Assembly (NCBI GenBank): GCA_938074205.1
Contig: CALJES010000005.1
Span: forward strand, 10,136-74,135
DNA from: an uncultured bacterium
GTDB taxonomy: Bacteria > Armatimonadota > UBA5829
Direction of reading: 5' to 3'
DNA length: 64,000 nucleotides
Part shown: one piece after another, positions 59,380 through 64,000 of the stretch
Layout: each line of letters opens with the position of its first letter
Numbering within the stretch: the stretch's first letter is position 1
Made by a program: the position numbers and the translations under genes
Notes under the pieces: model-generated
Database searches by the model: none
What the model was told of the DNA's origin: nothing
Seen by the model: only the letters and a program-made list of their open reading frames with translations

Positions 59380-60702
59380 TCACCATCCGTACATTGTAGA
59401 CCTCATGCCGCTTGCTAAGTAACTCGCCGATGCGCCCATTTGCCTCGCCTGTCTACACGCAAGGGCCAACGCGACAACTAAATCATCGGTGCAGCCAGCG
59501 CCTGCCTGTAGCCTAACATTGCCCGCTTCGGTCAGCCGATACTCGAAATACTGCAGCTCGCGCAGGAGCTCCTCGTGCCGAGGAATCGCAATCGCCCTCC
59601 GAGCAAACCTCAGCGCCAGCTCATCAATCAGCTCGCGCTTCGACTGATTTGTGAACACAATGCCTTCCACACGCGTATCCAGGCAATCCTCATACGCTCT
59701 TGCTCTCAATTGTTCTAGTAGAGGATCGCCAATGGATGTTTGATCAGTCAAAACCGCTGAAACCCCATGCCGCCGCAGAAAATCCACGGCCCGGTTGATC
59801 TGCAGGTGCCAACTGATTCCATTAAACCGTTCGATCCCTGTAACCGCCAGCGTAGACCCGGCAACTCCCACAGCCACAAGCGCGGTGTAATCGCCGTAGC
59901 GCGCCCAGTCAATCCCTGCCGCCACAAACTCGTAATCGGGCGCGTTGGGATGATAGTCCGCAAGCGCCGCTTCGATATCGTCCCACGTAAATACGCTCGA
60001 CTGGTCATCCACAAACTGCGCCTCGTATTCGACAGCAAACTGCCTCGGCGTAAGCTCTGCCCGTTGCGACTCAATGTACTCCCTACAGATGTGAGGGTTC
60101 AACCACGACGGAAACCGAAAAGAACGTATCGGCCGCGCGTGGTTGGAAGAGCTACTATTCATCTGTCCTTGCACGAATGCCCTGTAGAAATGGTTCTTAC
60201 CGAACGGGGTGGAGATCATCACCAGTTTTCCCCCATTATCGGCGAGCATCGGAGCTATCACCTCTTGAATTACGCTGTCTCGGACGTAGGCGGCCTCGTC
60301 CACTATTACCCTGTGCGCGGCGTGCCCGCGCAGGTTGCGGCCGTCTTCGTCGGCTGTGCGAGCCATAATCAAACTGCGCCCCACGTTGATTTTGGGATAC
60401 GGCGTGCGGATGACCTTAGTCACGCTGCGCGTCAGGCTCGAACCCAACAGCAACCTCTCAACCGTATCCGATATCAGGCGGCTCTGGTCATAGGTGGGGC
60501 TAACTACCATCTGAACGCTGCCCGGACAGGCTATCGCCATAGATGCCACGTCCACGGCTGCTGACTCAGTCTTTCCCCATCTTCGCCCACACGCAGCAAC
60601 CTTGACCGGCGAATCATCCAGCATCCAAATCCTCTGCGTCTCATGCGGCTTCCATCCCCAAATCCACTTTGCAATCATCAGGCGTTTCTTAGGCTCAAGC
60701 AT
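59380..60702 (-). CDS. Terminase large subunit
   Basis: Walker A GRRWGKT, Walker B IVDEAAY, coupling motif ISTP, nuclease acidic motifs GIDWA, DYT and DDLV; ATG overlaps the terS stop. Confidence 0.9.
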   Translation of the reverse strand: MLEPKKRLMIAKWIWGWKPHETQRIWMLDDSPVKVAACGRRWGKTESAAVDVASMAIACPGSVQMVVSPTYDQSRLISDTVERLLLGSSLTRSVTKVIRTPYPKINVGRSLIMARTADEDGRNLRGHAAHRVIVDEAAYVRDSVIQEVIAPMLADNGGKLVMISTPFGKNHFYRAFVQGQMNSSSSNHARPIRSFRFPSWLNPHICREYIESQRAELTPRQFAVEYEAQFVDDQSSVFTWDDIEAALADYHPNAPDYEFVAAGIDWARYGDYTALVAVGVAGSTLAVTGIERFNGISWHLQINRAVDFLRRHGVSAVLTDQTSIGDPLLEQLRARAYEDCLDTRVEGIVFTNQSKRELIDELALRFARRAIAIPRHEELLRELQYFEYRLTEAGNVRLQAGAGCTDDLVVALALACRQARQMGASASYLASGMRSTMYGW

Positions 60703-61069
60703 CGGAAGCCTCCTCATCAGAAGCCGCAAGCGCCCGATTGACGATCTCCCCCAGCGCATCAACGGGGTCCTGGGCAGGCGTTTCGAAGGCGCCGCTGAGT
60801 TTGAGCGTTTCGAGAAGGACCTTCGGGTCCGGCTTGGCCGTGCCGCCATTGGTCTCGCAGAGTGCAGCAGCAGCCTTGAGCGCAGCCTGCCGCGCAAGCC
60901 GGAAAAGCGAACGAGCCTGCTGCTTCTCGCGCTCGCGCAGCGCATCCGCAAAGTCGGGCATTCTCATCCAACGCATAAGCGTCCTCAGCCGCACGCCGAC
61001 CATCTCAGCAACCATCCAATCCGGATAGTTCATCAACAACTCTACAGCAAGTGCACGCTTGGCATTCAT
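60695..61069 (-). CDS. Putative terminase small subunit (N-terminal HTH)
   Basis: VAEMVGVRLRTLMRW HTH followed by helices; 8-nt overlap with terL; GGGAGGT RBS. Confidence 0.62.
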   Translation of the reverse strand: MNAKRALAVELLMNYPDWMVAEMVGVRLRTLMRWMRMPDFADALREREKQQARSLFRLARQAALKAAAALCETNGGTAKPDPKVLLETLKLSGAFETPAQDPVDALGEIVNRALAASDEEASDA

Positions 61070-61194
61070 CTGAAAATTTACCTCCCATAATTACAAGCCC
61101 ACAAAACGGGCATTTTGCTCTTAAGATGGCAAGATATTTCTGTTAAATGTTGTTCACTGGTGGTGTACACACTCGAGGCGCGCTACACCGATGT

Positions 61195-61224
61195 TTGCAT
61201 TTTGAGGTCCGCTTGCGGTAAACT
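61195..61224 (+). promoter_or_regulatory. Putative sigma70 promoter upstream of the riboswitch
   Basis: TTGCAT-18nt-TAAACT. Confidence 0.45.
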
Positions 61225-61254
61225 AGGTAAGCATCGAAAATACGGGTTAGCTTT

Positions 61255-61376
61255 AGAAGGGGAGTAGCAGCCCGGGAGCTTCGTCGCTTTCGGGAAGGTG
61301 GTGTCAACATCCTGCCTTGCGTGTTTGGTGCAAGGCTGGCGCCCCTGCAGAGAATATCTGCAATGCGAGACCTTTG
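61255..61376 (+). ncRNA. yybP-ykoY (manganese) riboswitch
   Basis: AAGGGGAGTAGC, GTCAACA and GCGAGACCTT hallmark segments upstream of a cation exchanger. Confidence 0.85.
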
Positions 61377-61414
61377 TTCCGATCTACTGGTGTGGCGGGA
61401 CAGAGGTCTTTTTT
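61368..61414 (+). terminator. Riboswitch expression-platform terminator
   Basis: AGACCTTTGTTCCG pairs with CGGGACAGAGGTCT, followed by a T tract; overlaps the 3' strand of aptamer P1. Confidence 0.7.
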
Positions 61415-61423
61415 GGTGTGGAT

Positions 61424-62428
61424 ATGATGACGTTTATAGGCTTAATCGGCGGACTGGTAATCATATTCTTCGCGGCTGAGCTTTTTACCAACGCAATCGA
61501 GTGGTTCGGCAAAAGGCTGGACCTGAGCGAGGGAGCTGTGGGCAGTGTGCTTGCAGCGGTCGGCACGGCATTGCCGGAGACATCAGTAGCGCTAGTCGCT
61601 GTTCTAGCCGACGGCGCAGGCCATATGGAGGCAGGCATTGGAGCGATACTCGGCGCGCCTATGATGCTCAGCACGCTGGCTATGTTTATGACGGGCTTGG
61701 CTGTGGTAGTATTTGCGGCGATGGGGCGCAGGAAGTTTACCGTGAAGGCAGACTACCAAGTTGTCGGTAGGGATTTGCGCTCGTTTTTCAGCGTATACAT
61801 CCTCGCGCTTGTCGCCGCCCTTATCCCCGGCAAGGCCTACAAGCTGCCGATAGCCGTATTTCTGCTTGCGGCTTACGCGTATTACGTCCATAGGACGTTT
61901 AACGCGCGCAAAGAAAACCAAGAGTCCGAGAAACTTAGGCCGCTTCACTTTCACCGCAACTCATCCCGGCCTCGGCTAAGGCTAGTTTTGGTACAACTTT
62001 TCTGCGGGCTAGCGCTTATGCTGTTCGGAGCGCGCACATTTGTGGAGTCGGTGACACAGGCATCCAAATCTATGGGTGTATCTCCCCTTGTCTTGAGCCT
62101 CATAATCACCCCCATAGCTACTGAGCTTCCTGAGAAGTTCAATTCGATAACCTGGGTGAGGCATCGGAAGGACACCTTGGCGCTTGGCAATATAACGGGT
62201 GCGATGGTGTTCCAGAGCAGTATTTTGCCTGCGGTGGGGATATTCGCCACGCCCTGGCACCTTGACGCCCAGGCCGTCGCAAGTATCATTGTAGCCTTGT
62301 TGGCATCATTTGTGGCTTGGGCTGAGATGACTATTCGCAAGAGACTCAGCCCGTATTCGCTGCTTGCTTGCGGGCTTTTCTACGCCTTGTATCCGGTGTT
62401 TGTTTTTGTGATTCTGCCTAGAATATGA
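61424..62428 (+). CDS. Ca2+/cation antiporter (CaCA, YrbG-like)
   Basis: alpha-1 GTALPE and alpha-2 ATELPE repeats, GNITG, about 10 TMs. Confidence 0.88.
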   Translation: MMTFIGLIGGLVIIFFAAELFTNAIEWFGKRLDLSEGAVGSVLAAVGTALPETSVALVAVLADGAGHMEAGIGAILGAPMMLSTLAMFMTGLAVVVFAAMGRRKFTVKADYQVVGRDLRSFFSVYILALVAALIPGKAYKLPIAVFLLAAYAYYVHRTFNARKENQESEKLRPLHFHRNSSRPRLRLVLVQLFCGLALMLFGARTFVESVTQASKSMGVSPLVLSLIITPIATELPEKFNSITWVRHRKDTLALGNITGAMVFQSSILPAVGIFATPWHLDAQAVASIIVALLASFVAWAEMTIRKRLSPYSLLACGLFYALYPVFVFVILPRI

Positions 62429-64000
62429 GCGCACTTCACACAGACTATTTCCTGGGCCTAGACATCTCCACGCAGACGGTGACGGCGCTTATCATCGGAG
62501 TTTCGAGCCGCGACGGCATCCCCGCAGAGATTATCCTGGAGCCCGATTGGCGAAGCTTGCGGCCCTGGGGCTCAGAATCGGACCGCAAGTCCCCTGATGT
62601 GTGGGTCGAATTGGCCAGGCAGGCAATTGATGAGCTAAAGTCGCGATGTGCTCACGCACGCGAAGTTCGCGCCCTAGGGGTGAGCACCGCCTTCCCAGGC
62701 ATATTCGCAATCCTGCGCGACGGAAGCATCCACCCGCAGTTTGTAAGCCTATATGACAACACCAGCGATGCTGGCGTACCCGACGAGGTATTCCATGACC
62801 TGCTTGCAGCTGCGGAAGACGATACGATGAACCGCATGTGGCCCGGAAACATGGCCATAGGCCTGGCGCACCTGGTCAAGGATTGCGGATTGCCGTTGAG
62901 GGAAGTGTCTGCCCTCGTGCCGCCGAATACCGCGTTTTCTTATGCGCTGGCGAGAGCATGCCGCGCCGATGTGGATTTGCGCGCGTTGCCGACCGATTTC
63001 ACCCAGGCAATAATAAGCGGCCTGTATGATGCCAGAACTGCTTTGCCCGTGCCAGAGGGCGTGGCGAAGTTTTTGAAAAGTTTCCTGCCGTCCATGGATG
63101 GCGCACAAGTAGCCCAGTTGCTGCCTCGCGCGGTGCCCTCGTGGCGCAACAGCGTGCCCAGCTCAGTTCTGGGAGACGTGCGCGAAGCATTTGGACTGCC
63201 TCACCTGAAAGCAATATCGGTCGGCGCGGGCGACAGTCCGTTGGGGGCGCTGGCGTTGGGTGCCGGCGGCGACAATGTTCTAAACGTGCGCGGCTCCAGC
63301 GACTCGCCGGTCCTCACGGTTCCCTCGATTAAACCGAGGCGCACGCCCAGGGAGACTGTGTTGCATTACCCGCTTCCGACGGTAACTTCCCCCTCGGATT
63401 CGCCTTGGTGCGTGGTAGCGCCGATGCTTCGAAGCGGCAGGGTATGGGACTGGGTGAAAAGACTGCGGTTCACCGAGGAGGATTCCGATGCGGACGCACA
63501 CCTGGAAGCCCTCGCCACGGAAGCCCTGAAGCGACGGTTCGAAGCCGGCGTGCCGCCAATTTCGTTCGACACGGCACTAGGCGGAGAAAGGGCTCCGGAT
63601 TGGGATGCTCACGCCACCGGGCGCATACAAGGTCTGGTCGAACAGCACGGGTTGGGTGACATTGCGCTGGCTGCGCTAGAAGGGCTTTCCGTTAGGCTGA
63701 GATGCTGCGTCGGCCTTATGGAATCGCGCTACGAAATGTCTGCGCCAAAGCTGGTGCTAGCCGGCGGTCCGGCAAAAAACGACCTGTGGAGCTGGATTAC
63801 AGGCTTGTTCCTGGGCAAGCAAACTTATCGGAGTGGGTTCACGGATGCTTCGGTGCTGGGAGCGGCGATGTTGGGTTATGCAACTAGCCTCGATGGTCTG
63901 CACCCAGATGCCGAAATCTCGCGTCGCCTTAGGCTGCTGGCTGCGTTGGCCACCCAACACCCGGCCGTTCGCGCCTACCCTGTAGCTGCTCCGGATGATA
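62425..64000 (+). CDS. FGGY family carbohydrate kinase (partial, runs off the window; absent from the ORF track)
   Basis: ATGA overlap with the antiporter stop; MSALHTDYFLGLDISTQ, GAGD, GGERAPDW, ALAALEG, AGGPAK, SVLGAA. Confidence 0.8.
   Translation, partial: MSALHTDYFLGLDISTQTVTALIIGVSSRDGIPAEIILEPDWRSLRPWGSESDRKSPDVWVELARQAIDELKSRCAHAREVRALGVSTAFPGIFAILRDGSIHPQFVSLYDNTSDAGVPDEVFHDLLAAAEDDTMNRMWPGNMAIGLAHLVKDCGLPLREVSALVPPNTAFSYALARACRADVDLRALPTDFTQAIISGLYDARTALPVPEGVAKFLKSFLPSMDGAQVAQLLPRAVPSWRNSVPSSVLGDVREAFGLPHLKAISVGAGDSPLGALALGAGGDNVLNVRGSSDSPVLTVPSIKPRRTPRETVLHYPLPTVTSPSDSPWCVVAPMLRSGRVWDWVKRLRFTEEDSDADAHLEALATEALKRRFEAGVPPISFDTALGGERAPDWDAHATGRIQGLVEQHGLGDIALAALEGLSVRLRCCVGLMESRYEMSAPKLVLAGGPAKNDLWSWITGLFLGKQTYRSGFTDASVLGAAMLGYATSLDGLHPDAEISRRLRLLAALATQHPAVRAYPVAAPDD

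Larger units (their letters stand above)
51550..61110 (-). other. Head-only Mu-like virion and lysis module (GTA-like or domesticated prophage)
   Basis: Ten co-oriented intact phage-type genes (terS, terL, portal, protease, decoration, MCP, two head-completion, holin, endolysin); no tail, integrase or replication gene in the window. Confidence 0.75.

Noticed and set aside
60703-60951. N-terminal extension of terL in the ORF track
   Set aside because: It overlaps terS in another frame; ATG 60702 coupled to the terS stop is more plausible.
51550-61110. Complete inducible prophage or transposable Mu-like phage
   Set aside because: No integrase, transposase, repressor, replication or tail genes; no att repeats or Mu ends recognised; both flanks are host genes.
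61298-61423. N-terminal extension of the CaCA antiporter
   Set aside because: It lies inside the riboswitch and terminator; the real start is 61424 or 61427.
1-64000. CRISPR array, IS element, rRNA
   Set aside because: No regularly spaced repeats, transposase ORFs or rRNA-like segments seen by eye.

Overview
Bacterial chromosomal window from a diderm organism (TolC, beta-barrel and PEP-CTERM proteins) with Firmicutes-like housekeeping gene order; Armatimonadota is my inference, not something the sequence proves. Positions 1-51.5 kb are host genes: queG, phosphohexomutase, an AbrB-led RND efflux operon, MTA/adenine salvage (mtnP-mtnA-apt-NCS2), the recG-coaD-pta-ackA-yceD-rpmF-plsX-fab-rnc cluster, tRNA-Ser(GCT), folC, yebC, ftcD and many carbohydrate-active enzymes. 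The standout is 51.55-61.1 kb, an apparently intact head-only Mu-like virion module: small and large terminase, DUF935 portal, protease-scaffold, decoration protein, gpT major capsid, two head-completion proteins, holin and M15 endolysin. It has no tail, integrase/transposase, replication or repressor genes, is split by host-type genes and is flanked directly by housekeeping loci. It is a candidate domesticated gene-transfer-agent-like or tail-borrowing capsid system. The window ends with a yybP-ykoY (Mn2+) riboswitch controlling a CaCA exchanger coupled to an FGGY kinase that runs off the end. All product calls come from motif recognition by eye, not database searches.
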